Both the position numbers and the translations under genes were made by a program. This document shows positions 41,501 to 56,932 of a stretch of 64,000 nucleotides of DNA, piece by piece. The stretch is from Eledone cirrhosa (Eukaryota). Location: contig OZ024740.1 in assembly GCA_964016885.1 (NCBI GenBank), positions 381,176,001-381,240,000 of the forward strand, in the 5' to 3' direction. How positions within the stretch are numbered: position 1 is the first letter of the stretch; the number at the start of each line of letters is the position of its first letter. Under the pieces are notes generated by a model. That model was not told the DNA's origin and did no database searches. It worked only from the letters and a program-made list of their open reading frames with translations.

Positions 41501-44500
41501 GTAACATTAAGTGGACCAATCTCAGTATTAATCATTATGTAGTATGCAATAGGAAGAGTTTAAGTTTCTGTTCTCATGGATATATCAACTTTACTTTCTT
41601 CTTGACTCAAAGCTGATAGTTACTATAGTAGTTCTTATCAAAGCTAACATAGCATGCTGTTTATTGTGTTTGAGTCATATATTAAATTGCCGAAGGTCTG
41701 CATAAACAACAAATGATATAGAGGAGACTGTTGAATGTTGATAAATTGAATTGTTGTGAGGAGTGGACATTTTAATGTTTTGAGTTCTTGCACATCAAAC
41801 AGAGAATAGAGAAATACAAAAGTATTGCTAGCTTGACTGTTGGCCTAACAGCCAAGTCAACAATAAATACCTTCATCATTCTCTACTCTCTCCATTGAAG
41901 AAGAAGAGCATAAAACTATAGATTTACCTCTTTTCCCAGTAAGTAAACTTATCAACATTCTACAAAATCTCCTTAGTGTATTTAATGTTATGTATATTGT
42001 TACTGTTTGATTAACATACTTCCTATTCCATGTGTTATAATATATATAATACTTTGTCTGGATAAGCAGGACTGACACCCTATTTAGGGGTTTATTTATC
42101 TCTCATTCTGTTAGTACTATGAAATCAACGCTAACCACTGACCCTTATGAACATTTAAAAATCTGAATGGTGTTTCCTATGTCCTTTTTTTTTTTTATAC
42201 AATTATAAATGGGTGGGGATTAGTAATTCATTATTTTTAGAAAGTTGGTTCAAGCTAAATGAAATAATGACTTGAGGTCCAAATGGATTTTGAATGGCAG
42301 TTTAAAATTCATGTCTATTATTAAGATCATCAGGCCATCAGCTACTGTTTGCTCACTGTTTGCTAAGCACAAAATATGCTATACTTAAATCTGAAATTTT
42401 GTGGAAATCGTTTACTATCACAAAATGTTTGGCTACCTCAAACTCAAGGGCTCTCAAAGATCTTGTTTTTATGTAGATTGTCTAGGGCAAGCCTCTCTCT
42501 ACCCCCTCTCTCTCTCTCTCAACTCACATGCATTTGCTATGCTAATGAAAAAAAATGAACTGTAAGCCTCGTTATTTTTGGATGTGAACTCCACCCAAGC
42601 TGGTGAAACAAAGATACTGAGAATGAAACAAAACTGATTAATATTAAACCTTGAAACAAAAATATCTTCATTTATATTCAGACTAAAATGTTTACTTAAC
42701 ATTTACCCAATTGAAAATTAGTTATATCTTGAAAACATATGCTCTAGATATGTTCTAGATTATGTAATATCAAGAACTTTCCCTCACACTCCTAATATTT
42801 TCTGTGTGTATTTTGTTATGTTTCAGTTTGTTTGTAAAGAATGTTTACCTTGTGTAAACCACTTGTTCTATGTTAAGTAAGTATTTAGACATGTTGCAAC
42901 ATGTTAACTAATATGCCACCTTCATTTATATTTTGGTAATGCAGACATATACTAGCACTGTCTGTCATCATTGGATCATTGCAACTGAATAAGAAAGTAA
43001 AATAAATATTTTTTTTATCATTAAACAGCTGAACTTGACATTTGTAATTTATTCTACTTCTTCAGAGAACAGCTGTTAGTTAGAAAGTGGGTGTCTTATA
43101 CTGTTTGCTTTTATCCAACTGCTCTCTTGTAGATAACTAGTCACTTATCAGGACTTGACCAACTGCTTCCTTTTCATGTTGTTTGCTCTAAAGACCTTTG
43201 GTGTCCTCAATCTCTAAATTGCCATTCCCTCTGTAAAATTGGAAGTAGCACATCCCACCTAAAGAAGAAGCCATGTAAAATGGAGTGGCTGATGCAGTGG
43301 GTATCAATGTTTGTTCTCTGCAGCAGTGCCTTTCCCATTTTGTCTACAAGGTGCAGCTGAGGTATACCACATGGAATAGCATCTGTCACTTACTCTCCTT
43401 TACTTTCACTATTTAATTTTTTCTTTTATCTTTTTTTTTATTGCAAACATTATGCAATCCAACTGAAATTGTTGAATAAAAGTTCCTCCATTGGGATTTA
43501 ATAATCACATGTAATCTGCTTTGCTGGATATATTTCACATACACAAAAAATTAAACATATATTGCATATATTGACAAGGGAATTTTCTATGTAATCACAT
43601 CATTTAGTTAATTTAGTTGGCAAAACTAACAGAAAGTCTGTTATTTGCAATAGCAGCTGCATATTTTTAATCCTAAAATCAAATACAGGAAGGTAGACTG
43701 GTTTACCAATTGTTTGATTGGATACATTCAAGCAGTGTTGATCAGGCTTATCAAGCGGCAATATTTATCAATGAAACTTGGAGATACGAATAGTGTACAT
43801 GATCAAATTGATCTAGTGCTTCTAAGACTAACATGAGAAAGGCAGGAACTTATCTTCTAGCTTAAATACTTGTAACAGAGAGAACTCTATTAAAGGAATA
43901 AAAAAAACTAAATGGTGGTGTTAAACCAGGAAGCTGATTAAGCCAACCACCCAAGAACACATTACACAAACAGTCAGAACAAATACTACAAAGCATCTTA
44001 TACAATGTTCTAAGAATTCTGTTAATCCATTGGCCTGGATTTCTGCTTTGTTGAATTAAAAAATAAGAGTAAAGTTAACCATGGTTGGATTTCAATTCAG
44101 AGCAAATAATGGCAAAGGAGTTAGTCAGCAAAGATACAATAGTAGAGCATCATCATCATCACCGTTTAACGTCCATTTTTCCACGCAAGCATAGGTTATG
44201 ATTTTGAACCATCCCCTGCAAGTCTAACCCCTATTTTAGCAGGGAAAATGGCATTAAAGCATTGTTTTCCAATGGCATTAGTAGTGAAAGTGACCCCAAG
44301 TGGCCTTAACTAGAAAGATAAACAACTTTACAGACATGATTTGGTGTACAATGTGGTTACCTCTCTATAAAATATATCATTGAATATACTATAGCCATTG
44401 ACTTTTTTCTCATCTTTGACATTGTTTTGCTGAAATTTTTGTATTATAAATCATCATAATGATGTGTTATTTCTAACAAATTTCCACCCAAGTTACACAC

Positions 44501-44689
44501 CTGTTGGAGTACATGCTGTCACATCAAAAATTATCTGTCTGTCCTATATTACTATATTACAATCACATTTTATCATTCACTCTCAGTTTACACACATCCT
44601 CTCTCTAAAAGTGGTGGTGTTGGGGCACATTAAAACAAAAAAGGACGAAGCAAATGAAATAGGAGATATACATAGGACACACACACACT

Positions 44690-45120
44690 CTTTCTTTCTT
44701 TCTTTTTCTTTCTTTTTCTTTCTTTTTCTTTCTTTTTCTTTCTTTCTATTTCTTTCTTTTTCTTTTTTCTTTTTTCTTTCTTTTTTCTTTTTCTTTTTTC
44801 TTTTTTTCTTTTTTCTTTTTTTCTTTTTCTTTTTTCTTTTTCTTTTTTTCTTTTTCTCTTTTTCTTTTTCTTTCTTTTTCCTTTCTTTCTTTTTCCTTTC
44901 TTTTTCCTTCTTTCTTTCCTTTTCCTTTTCCTTTTCCTTTCCTTTTCCTTTCTTTCTTTTTCTTTCTTTCCCTTTCTTTCTTTCTTTTTCTTTCTTTTTC
45001 TTTCTTTCCTTTTCTTTCTTTCCTTTTCTTTCCCTTTCTTTCTTTCTTTTTCTTTCTTTCTTTCTTTTTCTTTCTTTCTTTCTCTTTCTTTCTTTCTTTC
45101 TTTTTCTTTCTTTCTTTCTT
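44690..45120. repeat. (CTTT)/(CTTTTT)n pyrimidine tract
   Basis: Direct reading. Confidence 0.95.
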
Positions 45121-46690
45121 TAAGGGAGATAGATTGTTTTCATTCATCAAAAGTTAGTTTTATGTATGGCCTAACCTTTACTTCAATTTACTCCATCTGA
45201 ATTCCAGATTCAAGCATGTATCTTATACTATGCTGCTAAAGGGCTGATTTTTGAAACCTTATCATTTGCTATAATTAGGAGTAATTTCTGTTAGTTTTTT
45301 TCAATTACCATGAAGATAAGGCTAAGTCTGCAGCAGGTTGACAAAATATTCTGCAAAGACTCTGTATTTACTGATTTTGTTATGTTTTGTGTGTGATGCT
45401 GTCTGGACATAATTGTTGTTTCTCTGTGCTGAAAGCCTAGCTAATCACTTTCACTGAGGAAATTACATAATTATCTTAAATGCTTAACAGCAATCTGAGA
45501 ACCTTTTATGACTTTCTGACATGGTACAGTATGTTTTACAGTTATTTCTAACATCTAACATTTTCACAACCAGTATACTATACATGTGTTACAAATAGTG
45601 TCAGCTGTCTAAAGAGAAAGACATGCATATATATATATATATATATACATATACAAGGTGGCCTAAGATTCTCTGGTTTATTATGATCATTTGATTTTTG
45701 TGTGCCTTTAGCAGAGTTTGCTGTGCTGCATGTATTTGGATCAAACCTTCAACCAGTTCCCATTCTACTTACATTTTTCCTGTAGACATGGACCTTCAAT
45801 TGTGTGTGTTGCATTAATCTAGTTGCCAATTGGGAAGGATTTTCAAAAGTCATGGCTACTAAACTGCCTCTTCTAATTTATATATTAAGAAATAACATAC
45901 AAGCAAGCAGTCAAGGAAGGCTTCTGTTTGTATAAACATTTTTGTGCTGCATTTTAATTCAACTTATTATCAACAACTATATAACCTTTTATTTTTAATC
46001 TATTTAATGCATGTACTCATGTAGTTAAGTCTCTTGGGAACCTGTAAGCTAATTAGGCCAGGCTTATCTTGGTTTCTGGTGATGTTCAGTTACTGAATGT
46101 ACAAGAATTCCTCCTGGATGGGATGCTGCTCTATTGCGAAGTTAGTTTTATATTGTCTCAGTTCAATTATCTGTGGTGAATAAATACCAGTTTTTGCTGA
46201 GAAAGTTGTTAGACTAATATCTTTCCCTTAGAAAGATTTGTCTCTCATGTGTGTATCATTGCACAAACTGGAGCCTTGTGCTTTGTTTCTCTTCTTTACA
46301 GTAAAAAGATTTATGCCATAGGAAAGAAATTATGAAAGTCATTCATTTCATTTTTTTCTCCTACATATGAAAATGTCTACATTCATGAATTCATTGATCT
46401 GTGTGTGGCTGTATGTAAAACAAAACTTTACTCAACAGAGTTTAAAATTACAAATGGAGTCAGACAGACATTTTAAGTTCTTGCCTCATACTTGACCTTA
46501 ACTGAAGAAGGACTGGCTAACAACTAATGGAAAAATAAGTCTGTGTGAAAGAAATGTGAGCAATGTGATATTTTTTTATGTATTATATCCTCTTCATTCA
46601 GTTAATTTACTTTTGTATATGAAGGGGTGGATTGGACAAATTTTAATATGACTTACTAGAGAAAGTGTTTGCAAAATATTCTCATTATCA

Positions 46691-46878
46691 GTGGATTGGC
46701 AGTATCGGTAGAGGGTCGGACGCCATGCTTTGATGCATAGAGTTACGGCCCTTGCCATTCTGAGTTCAAATCCTGCCGAGGTTAACTTTGCCTTTCATCC
46801 TTATGGGGTCGATAAAATAAAGTACCAGTAATACACTGGGTAATTGCTGGCCTTGTGCCAAAAGTAGAAACAATTATT
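46691..46878 (+). mobile_element. tRNA-derived SINE, near full length
   Basis: A-box-like tggcagtatcgg, B-box-like gagttcaaatcc, and the conserved body. Confidence 0.88.
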
Positions 46879-47962
46879 TTATCATATTTTCTCTCACTTC
46901 TGAGAAAGTAGTTGCATATATTTTGTATATTTTCTCTAGTCTCTCTTTGTTTCCCTTTTGTTTTCTAAATTTCAATCTGCAGCGAAGTTGCTGTGAGCAA
47001 GCTGTCAGTGATCATAAGTTCAAATTTTCAGCCAGTGAATTGATAGAACCATTAGAGCATTGGACGAAATACCTTGCAATATTTATTTCAGCTCTTTGTA
47101 TTTCAAATTCAACTTTGCCATTCATCCTTTTAGGATTGATGAATAAAGTCCCAGCCAAGACTGGTGGATTGGTAGAACAGTTAGTTTATTGAAGTATTTG
47201 TTCTGGCACTTTACATTTTGAATTCAAATCTCATTGTGGCCTACATGGATGGTAGACTTAATGCATCTTCTAGTTTAACATCATCACCTGGCTCACATTT
47301 ATTTTTAAGAGTGTCCACTGTTGCAAGCATTTGAACCTGATCTCCATTTTGATGATACTTTCCCCTCTTCCTCCCTGCAGTCTTAGAGATCCCAGAAAAG
47401 TCTATGGGTACTGCCATCCTCTCCCAAAGTAATTATAAAAAACAAAACCTTTGGTAGATATGTTGTGAGTAGATGAATCAATAATACTTAGTTAGGCTGA
47501 ATAATAACATGGCGACACTATATTCAATATGTATTGAATAATTGGTTCTTCAGTTGATATCTCTACTGATGTTTGGTGTTAGATAACAACAGCCAAAAGG
47601 ATAAAGTCATGTAAATAGTTTACGATACCATCATATAAGAAAACAATAATATCATTCTCAATAAGAAAGTTGGCAATATAAGCATGACCCCACCCCCCCT
47701 GCTTCATTGATTCTATTTTCCTTGGCCTGCCTAGCTGAAAAAGTAAATAACACCCACTCTTTTCAGGTCTTTAGCAATGAGAGTTGGAACAAAGTAAAGT
47801 CATGCTGGAGCAACATCTTCTCTTTGAACATGTTTTTATAGTCAGATACTAACATTATGCCAATATCCCTATTTGTAATAAGTTACATAATTGCTAACAC
47901 AAGATTGATGTCTAAATAAGTAACAACAAAACAGAAACTGAGAAATGATATGAAATTAGAAT

Positions 47963-48480
47963 TATCATCATCACTGTTTTACGTCCATTCTTCTATACTA
48001 GCATGGGTTAGACGGGTTGTCCTGTTTTGGGCAATGCCAGGTCGGGTAACCTTGTCTTGCTCATACGAGAACTGATTTTGGCTTGATTTCTACAGCTGGA
48101 TACCCTTCCTAACACCAACCTCATTTACAGTGAGTGCTCTGTGCTTTTTTTTTACCGTGGCGCCTACACAGCCACTTTGCAGTGTGGGCGGGGTGCTTTT
48201 TTGTTGTGACACCTCCATGACCACTTTGCAGTGGGAGGGGGTGGGGGCATATTGTCTATAGGCTTCAGCTTGTACCTGTGGGAAGCTGGGTCTTCTGTAT
48301 TATTGTGTGATACCAGCGGTCACGGTCGTGTGTCATCGCCTTTGAGAGGTGCAATAGGGCAAGGTCAGCTTTTATCACCTCATCCCAGGTCTTCTTGGGT
48401 CTCCCCACTCCAAGGCTGCCAGTGCTCTGCACCTTTTTATGCAGTTGTCATCCTTCATATGCATCACATGTGCAAACGCT
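47963..48480 (-). mobile_element. Degenerate RTE 3' end related to the main family
   Basis: tcatcatcactgttttacgtccat... and tttctacagctggatacccttcctaacaccaacc match the RTE 3'UTR. Confidence 0.7.
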
Positions 48481-50233
48481 CACAGGTGCACACACACTCT
48501 CTCATCTATTTTGAATCTGCTCTTCCATGCTGGTTTGCATTGGAAAGGAGCTTTTCATGCCCAGATGTCCTTCCTGATACCAACCCTTTTAGTTACCTCT
48601 TACTACATTAAAGCATACAGTACACCAGGTTGCACAAGAACATATTAAAGTGTACATAAAAACAAAATATAAATAAAATGATGACACACATGCACACAGA
48701 TAAAAGATAAACTGAACACATTCACACTTAGATATAAGAAATTATATATCACATACATAATTATATGAAAGCATACACACACATTCACAAATCTGACTAA
48801 TTTATATATCATAATGATCTGCTTTCTCAAGTGTGTTGCTCATTGCATGACTGAACTTCGTTTTCTTCTTAATATACTAAGAGACTCACCTTGGTCCAAA
48901 CGTTTTTCTTTTTCTTTGCACCATATATTTATTTTTTTGTTCTATTTTCAAATGTTGAGTCAGCCTTATTTGTGTGAAAATATTGCAGACTAACTAGTTA
49001 ACCAACTGAAGGACAGACAATACCAATGTTAAATAATAGACTGTAATATCCTGTGATAAAAAAATGTAGACTAAATCTCTCTCTTTCTCTCTTTCAAAAT
49101 AATATATTTATAGATTTGGAGAAATTAGAATATGTGATGCTCTTGTCTTTCTCAACATTGTATGATGTAAAATAGCCTATAGTAGGAATTTCCAGTTTTA
49201 AGTTGTAATTTCTATATATATTTGCGTGTGTGTGTTTTGTTTTCCGAGAACCTAATTTTTTCCATCCTATGATAACCCATGATGTCCTGTACTGCATCAA
49301 ACCACATTAGCAAGGCATTCCTGAAGAGTACAAAGCAGCATTCTGATAACATCACATTAAAAATTCCAGTCTTCACTTTAAGTTTACTGTAAGTTACCTG
49401 CCTACTATCAACATTTGAATTAACCAACCCACTTTTAATATTTCTGCTAAAACATTACAGGATGATTGGAGTTAGTAAGATATATCAATGTTTTCATGTC
49501 CACCATATATTTTGGACATTTTATATATTATGTCTTTGAATCATGTAAAGTACTTGAATAAAATGAGTAAATGAATAGTTATTTTATTAGATTGTTTGAT
49601 TATGTTAACACACAATGATTTGATTAATTGCTTTCAGAATTAGATGAATACCTCATTGAGGATTTAAGAAATTCACTTTGCAATGACAGGGCTCCTGGTT
49701 TGATATTGTACAAAACCTCGGGCAATTGTCTTGTACCATAGCCTCAGATCGACCTAATCCTTGTGTGTAAAATTGGGTAGATGGAAACTGGCTATATAGA
49801 AACCAATCATACTGTACTTGTTAAATACCACAATGCATCTCATTTGATGCTCTAACCGTTCTGTTAATCTACTGCCTTGGACTAGTATTTATTTCATTGA
49901 CCCCAAAAGAATGAAAAGCAAAGTTGAGAGAGGCAGGATCCAAACTTAGAACACAGGGAGCCAAAACAAATATAACTATCAATTCACTGCAGAATATGTA
50001 TGCCTATATCATCACCATGATCATTTTTATGTCTGCTTTCCATTCTGTTGGACAGATTGTTATGGCATGAGCCAGTCATCAATCAGTTACAACCTTCCTA
50101 AATACACCCCTAGTACATCATAAAATGTATTGCAGTATTTTGTTATGGTTCATTAAGTTCTAGTTTCAAATCTCGTTGAAGTCAACTTTGCCATTCATCC
50201 TTTTGGGGTTAATGAAATAAAGTAGCTGGAAAG

Positions 50234-50467
50234 CAGGGCATGCAGTCCAATCGCCATGGTGGAAAGTGGGGCTGTGCAGCCTTACCCCCCCCCCCCATTC
50301 CCTCTAAATGACCCTCCCGGTCAAAGCCACATGTAGTGTTATCTAGTGTGTGTGTGTGTATCTTTTTGTGTCTACGATTTAGTAAGCAGCCAAAATTCTG
50401 CTTGCTTCAACCGATGCAATTGATCAACTCAAGATTCTATAACGGATGCACGGACCCTGCACCCCTG
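50234..50467. mobile_element. hAT MITE inserted in a SINE
   Basis: TIR cagggcatgcag / ctgcacccctg with an 8-bp TSD (ctggaaag / ctgtcaag). SINE halves lie on both sides. Confidence 0.65.
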
Positions 50468-52092
50468 CTGTCAAGTACTGGGTCAATATAATCAACTTCT
50501 TCCTTCCTCAAATTTCTGGCCTTGTGCCTAAATCAGAACCCATTTCATATAAAAAACATTGCATTTAAATTATAAGCATCACTTTTAAGTCCACATTTCC
50601 ATGCTGGCATCGGTTGAACAGGATTTTTTTAGACAATGTTTTACAGCTGCAAGCCAACCCTTTTAGTCACCTACAACAGACAAGGATACAATGCACCTAT
50701 TTGAAAAACTAGTATACTTAGCACAAATTAAAATTGGATATGGGCATAGGCCGATATGTATAGATGTACATATGCACATGCTCTTCCACTGTGTCTTCTT
50801 AATCTCATTCCATTTATGTTACTAATGAGAGAGCCATTATGAAATATATGAATGCCACAACCTTCTCTTTTCCCATTATTTATATTGTTCTGCCAATTTC
50901 ATAACATTGATTTCTGATACTATTAAGACATTACATGAGTATCTCAGATGTGCTTTGAACATATGTTGTATGCAACCTCCAAGCAATATGACACCCTTAA
51001 CCATTTAGTCAGTCACTGTGTCTTGATTTTTCAGTTTTTGAATTTAATTATCACTCATCTAATATGATGCATCCACAATTAAATTGCTATAAAATCACTT
51101 GCATTATTTCTCATACAAAGTTCATTGTTCATTTCCTCTGTATAGTCTACTTCTTCATTTTCATCGTCTTTTTCATTTTCTCAACTTCTATCATCTTTAT
51201 TATAAAAGCAATGAATGAGTCTGTAAGAAGAAAGAAGTGTAGAGGAAATGGTAAAGATCTTTTATAAGAATGGTGTAATTAAATTTAAGTGGTGCTGCTT
51301 GGTCTTTGTCATAGGATGTGAGAACCTTTTTGTAGTGCAGAGTCAGTCCCTCTGGTTAAGGTTGTGTATGCGCATATATATGTGTACACACGCACACGCA
51401 CACACACACACACACACACGTGTGTGTAAGTATGAATGTGTGTTTTGTAGCTATATTTTATTACTTATAAGTATGTGTCGTATAGAAACAGTGACTGAAA
51501 ATTTGTGATAAACAATGTAGGCCAAGTTTCTTTGTATTTAAAAAAAAAAATCTATTTTGCCTATTATGGTAATTCTTCCTCTAAATGGTACCTAGCATAG
51601 CTGTACTTGTATAATTATACACGGACATGATTAGAATACACCACACAGACACAAACGCACAAGCTTATACACATACATATGCACATACATATCACATATT
51701 ACAATGACATCACACACATCATTTACATCATGTATCATACATGTGTCATGTACATATCACACATGACACTTATATACAAAAATAACCATTCACACACTAT
51801 ATGAACACACACACACAAATTAAAAACAAACAAACATACATCCAAGAAATAAAGAGAAGTACCACACAAAAAAAGAGGATAGAATAACACAAATACAAAC
51901 ACACACACACTCACACATACACAAATGCACAAGAAATAAAAAAAAAAGTAAATCCTTACAACTGTAAAGTAAGAGAGTAAAGAACTGAAATTTTTATTAA
52001 GCTGTGTTTGTGGACTTCAGATAAAATTTTAATTCATTCATCTATTATTTCCTTCTTTTCTATGATTTCTCATCATTTCAATGTTTCATCTG

Positions 52093-52317
52093 TTAACCCT
52101 TTTGTTACTTTATTTCTAATGAAAGACATTGCCTATAATTTTGAAATAATTAAAAAAAAAATTATGATGGATTTAGTAAAATAATGTTCTCAATATGTTT
52201 ATTTAGTGTTTAGAATATAATTTAAAGGTTATCACATGAAATTTTAGATAATTAAAAATAAAGAGCTTAGTATTATAGAACCAGGCACGGTTTTAGTTTG
52301 GTATCAAAAAGGGTTAA
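52093..52317. mobile_element. piggyBac-like MITE, second family (partial copies near 10850, 15040, 15230, 60020)
   Basis: TTAA-cccttttgttac ... gtatcaaaaaggg-TTAA. Confidence 0.7.
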
Positions 52318-54690
52318 TCATGTAGGTTCAGTTTTGTTATTGATGTTACTCACCTTAGTCTCCGTAATGAAGACTTACTGTCTTGGACAGATTTATAAAA
52401 TCACCAATACAAATGATGTTTGTTGTGCTAATCTATTTCTGAAGTCACCATGTTAGAGTTCTTTAATGTTCTAGACTACTGTTTCTCAAAGTGGTTTCTG
52501 TGAAATCTTTTTCCTTGAGCAAAAAGCTAATTTTTTAAGCTGATTTTATAAAAAGGAAAAAAAAAAAAAAATCAATTGGTAACATATTATTAACATTTAT
52601 TTTATTGGTTGATTTATACCCCTAAGTGATAAATAGTTAAATTGACACCAGTGGAATCTGAACACAGAAACGTTGTTAGATGAAAGAAACAAAATATTTA
52701 CATAAGTCATTTAGTCTCGCTAACATTTCTGTTAATACAATTGCCCTACTGTGCTTTTTAAATTAGATATACTCCTTCAAACGAACTTGAAATGTACAAT
52801 TTAAATTCCTTTCTCATACACACATACATATATATATTCTTCACATTCATTTTTCTATGTTAGCATGAATGGAAACATATTTGCACTTTTTATGCATACT
52901 GTTTCAACAATTGGTTTTACACTGGAATTCTTGTTCTTATTACTAACTAGCTAGTTAACTGAAATAGGAATAGCAGAAAATAAATTAAAGTAATGCCTTT
53001 GTCATGGTCTCTGTTATGTAGAATGTATCTATACAAGCTATCTAGCGATAAAATTGTGCTTCAATTCATTATTCTATATCTTAGAAATCAAATCTACCTA
53101 TTTGAATAAAACTAAGTTACCAAGAGTAAAATGGTTTGAGATGCATACTCTCATCATTGGCATAGCTAAATTAATAAGCATTATAAATAATTGTCATCAT
53201 TATTTTATGTCTTCTTTCCATAATGTCATGGATTTGGTTGGTTGTTAAAGTTTGAGTCAATTCTAGATGGGTTAAAAGACCATGTCTTACTTGTGCATTA
53301 TATTTTGTCTATAACTGGATGCCTTTACTAACACAAATATTTTACAACAACATTAAAAAGGTCATGCCTTCAACAAGACTGAAGACTCCTCTAAAACTTC
53401 ATTGTCACTGTCTATTTATCAACTACTTTATAGAGTCTACTGAATACATTTTATCATGGCATCAACACTAGGGAAGTTACTTTGTCTCCTGCAAGGCTGA
53501 AGAGTCCTTTCCACTCTGTTGTCTCTATTCTTTCAAAGCAAACGTGACCAGGAGGGTTATTAGGAATGTGTTAGGGAAGAGGTTTAAAGAGGGGATGTAT
53601 GAATATGAGTGTGAAGTGGAAAAGAACATCAGAGTAATATCATGTAACTAATTAAGATATAGTAAGCACCCTTGAACATATATTCTTATGCATTAGTTCA
53701 AGAAATGATGAAATGAAGTGTCATCTCATTGCCTTCTGTATATCTATTGGAAGAGTTGCTCTTAAGAGTACGCGGTAATACTTGTCAGTTATATATCCAC
53801 TCCAGCTGTTTGAAGTGGACATACTATACTATCAAGTTTACTGTTTTGACTAGTGAAAAGGAATTGCATTGGAAACGAGGGGAGAAGGTAAGCATTGAGC
53901 CAATAAAGGAACCTTTATGCAGTTTCTTCACATAACAGAAGCATCAGCTGAATATCTCTTAAACCACACAATACTGTTTTTTTTTTTTTTTTTTAAAGAA
54001 TTTAACATTGTAGTCCCTAATATATAAAAAGACAGGCTGGTAATGGCTCGAATACATTTGACATTATGCCTACTTGATCAGAGCTTTGATTCATCATTCT
54101 TTGACTTATTAACCCTCATAACACTACCACGCCAATTGTTTGGACTTGATAATGTAGACCAAAACACAATATGGATGCAATGGCCTAACATTGTGTTTGA
54201 AAATTAACTTATAGTATTTTTACTATAGTCCAAAAGCCCATAGTGCTTAAAGGGTTGATAAAACAAAACAAAATAATTCATATTAATAGTAGTAGTGGGG
54301 TAACGCTGATGACCTTCATGTTCCTTCTCACTTATCACTTCATATAAAAAATATCACCACAAATATGTAAATAAAATAACAAAACAAAAACACATTACAA
54401 TTCTATAAATTTACAAAAATCTCCACTTTAAGAAGGTGGGGGCAGAGAGGCTGCTTTAATTTTAAGTTGATAGCCAATTATAAATTTAATATCATCAGGT
54501 TTCAGATGCTGGTACCATTATGTGAAACAATTATTTGCCTCTTATTACTTTTGTAATGTGGAAGATGCAGAAATGTGCTTGGTAGATGTGAATGTTTTTG
54601 TACTAAATAGGACTCTGGCATAGACCAAAACCAGCTTTGAAGATGACAATGCATTGTATGTATGGTTAATGCAGACATCTATATCATATA

Positions 54691-54966
54691 CAGTGGAACC
54701 TTGTTTCAGGAATTTAATTCATTCCTGAAAGCTGTTCGTCACCTGAAATGTTCATAAACCGAAAATATTTCTCCCATATGGAATGTTGAGAGAGAAATAC
54801 AGTGAGAGAGAGACAGATATCATCATAGTAACTAACTACATAGCAAGTGTTCTTGCCGATACTCCCAACCACTGTTGCCAGCTTGCGCGTGTGTTACTTG
54901 AGTCACCATTCCTCATCTGAGATGTTTAATGTTTGGAAAAATTGTATGTGAACCAAGGTTCCACTG
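54691..54966. mobile_element. Tigger/pogo-like MITE
   Basis: TA-cagtggaaccttg ... caaggttccactg. Confidence 0.7.
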
Positions 54967-54973
54967 TGTGTGT

Positions 54974-55035
<62 letters not shown>

Positions 55036-55717
55036 GGGGGATTGGTAGTGTCATTAAAATGCTTTACATTCTGGCTCTTTACATTCTTTAAGTTCAAATC
55101 TTGCTGAGGTCAACTTTTCTTTGCTTCTCATCCTATGGAGGTCAATAAAAATAAATGCCAGTCTATTACTGAAGTCGATTCTTTCTCTATATCACTTGTT
55201 CATGCCCTCTCTTCTTTTCTGGAAGAAATTAGTTGTGTTCAGACCTGGAAAAAAAATTGATTCTACTAGGTTAAAAATACTCAAGGCTGTATGTTATGAT
55301 GGTGACCCGACAAATCCATCAGGATTTACAACTCGATATACTCTCTCTCTCTCTCTCTCAGTTGGCCAGCATTTATCTAACTGGGTAAAAAGAAGTTCCA
55401 ATTTGCCTTGAAAAGTGTTTCTTATCTCAATGATTTAGAGATTTTTCCATGAAAGTCAGTAGTTCATCAAAAGCTATGCATATTAGAGATAACATTACTT
55501 GTCCTAGAGTTTTTTTTTTTTTCTTTAGAGTGATAAACTTGAGATTTCAAGAAACCCAAGTCATAAAAACATAGGAGAAAGGAGGGGGGGGGGCAGAGAT
55601 GAATATAAAACTGTTATCATTTAAAAAAAAATAAAATGTTTGTTACAAAATATTATACATCTATACTACTTCATGGTCTCTGTTATTTTCTACCATACCC
55701 TCTGATTTTACACCTTC

Positions 55718-55880
55718 AGTGAGATTTGAAGCAAGTTATATATTATAGTGTCAGTATTTATGATGATGATTAATTATGGCCATTCCAGTTTGGAGGATAC
55801 TTAACAATCATCATTATTGTCATCATCATCATCATCATAAATACTGACACTATAATATATAACTTGCTTCAAATCTCACT
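55718..55880. repeat. Perfect 53-bp inverted repeat with a 57-bp spacer
   Basis: 55718-55770 is the reverse complement of 55828-55880. Confidence 0.92.
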
Positions 55881-56932
55881 CTAATGTACAGAGATGGTGG
55901 TGATATGTTTAAAAAGAATGCTACCTGTTGTTTAGACTATGAATCTTTGCAATATATAGTCCTGTTTTTCCTTATTGTTACATTCTACATGAACATTTCA
56001 ACAGTATGTCAGCTGTCTGTTAGAAGTGGTGTTATATGTAACATGTTACCTTTTGAACTAATAAACCAACTGGGAAATATGTCATAATTTTTCATAAATA
56101 TATAAAGGAGTTGTAGACAAACTTTAAATCATGTTTGTAGTCATTTTTATTTATTCATTCTTCCAATGTTCTTTGGTAAAATGAGTCGAAATGAAACATT
56201 TTAGAAAGGTAGTCATAACACCTCTGTCATTTCCTTATAAATATATTAGGATATTTTATATATATACACACACACGCACACACAATGAATTATGAGGTAA
56301 TTTGAAAGCATATTAAATTTAAACTGATTTCAAAAGCCCAGACAATGGCTTTTAGAATTTAAAATGTATGTATGTGTGTGTGTGTGCACATATATATATA
56401 TATCTCAAACTATGCAAAATACACATAAATATACAGATACATGCACACACATATGCACATAAAGCACAAAAGAATGACACATGTATAAATACACACACAC
56501 ACACACTCATAAATAAACATATACACAGTTAAGTCCACACACATACACACAAAAAACAAGATTTCAGACACACATACAAACTTACATGCACATACAATAT
56601 AAGAGTCACAAACACACACGTCTACACACACACACACAGACAGCAATAGTGCATGCCCACAAAATTCACCCCATCTGCACACATATAACACCCATGACAC
56701 ACCAGGACTCTTCCACACAACCCCCACTTCCAAATACTGGACCACTTGCCTACCACCACCAACCTTTTAAAAAACCTTTTCCCAAACCCTGATTCTCCAT
56801 TTCCTGAAGAAGGACTTATGTCTGAATTGCCAAACCCTCCTCTACGTTCTCCTAAGAGTGATACTATGACTGAGTTTTTGCATCTCTGTGATTGTGTTGT
56901 CTTTTCTTTAACAAATATATATATATAGTTGT

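Noticed and set aside
34497-45150. ER/SL-rich and F/K-rich ORFs
   Set aside because: Translations of (CT)n and (CTTT)n tracts
56810-56845. CUGAAGA-A-GGAC-UUAU-GUCU-GAAU
   Set aside because: GAAA is mutated and stems I and III are not evident. Possibly a decayed PLE end
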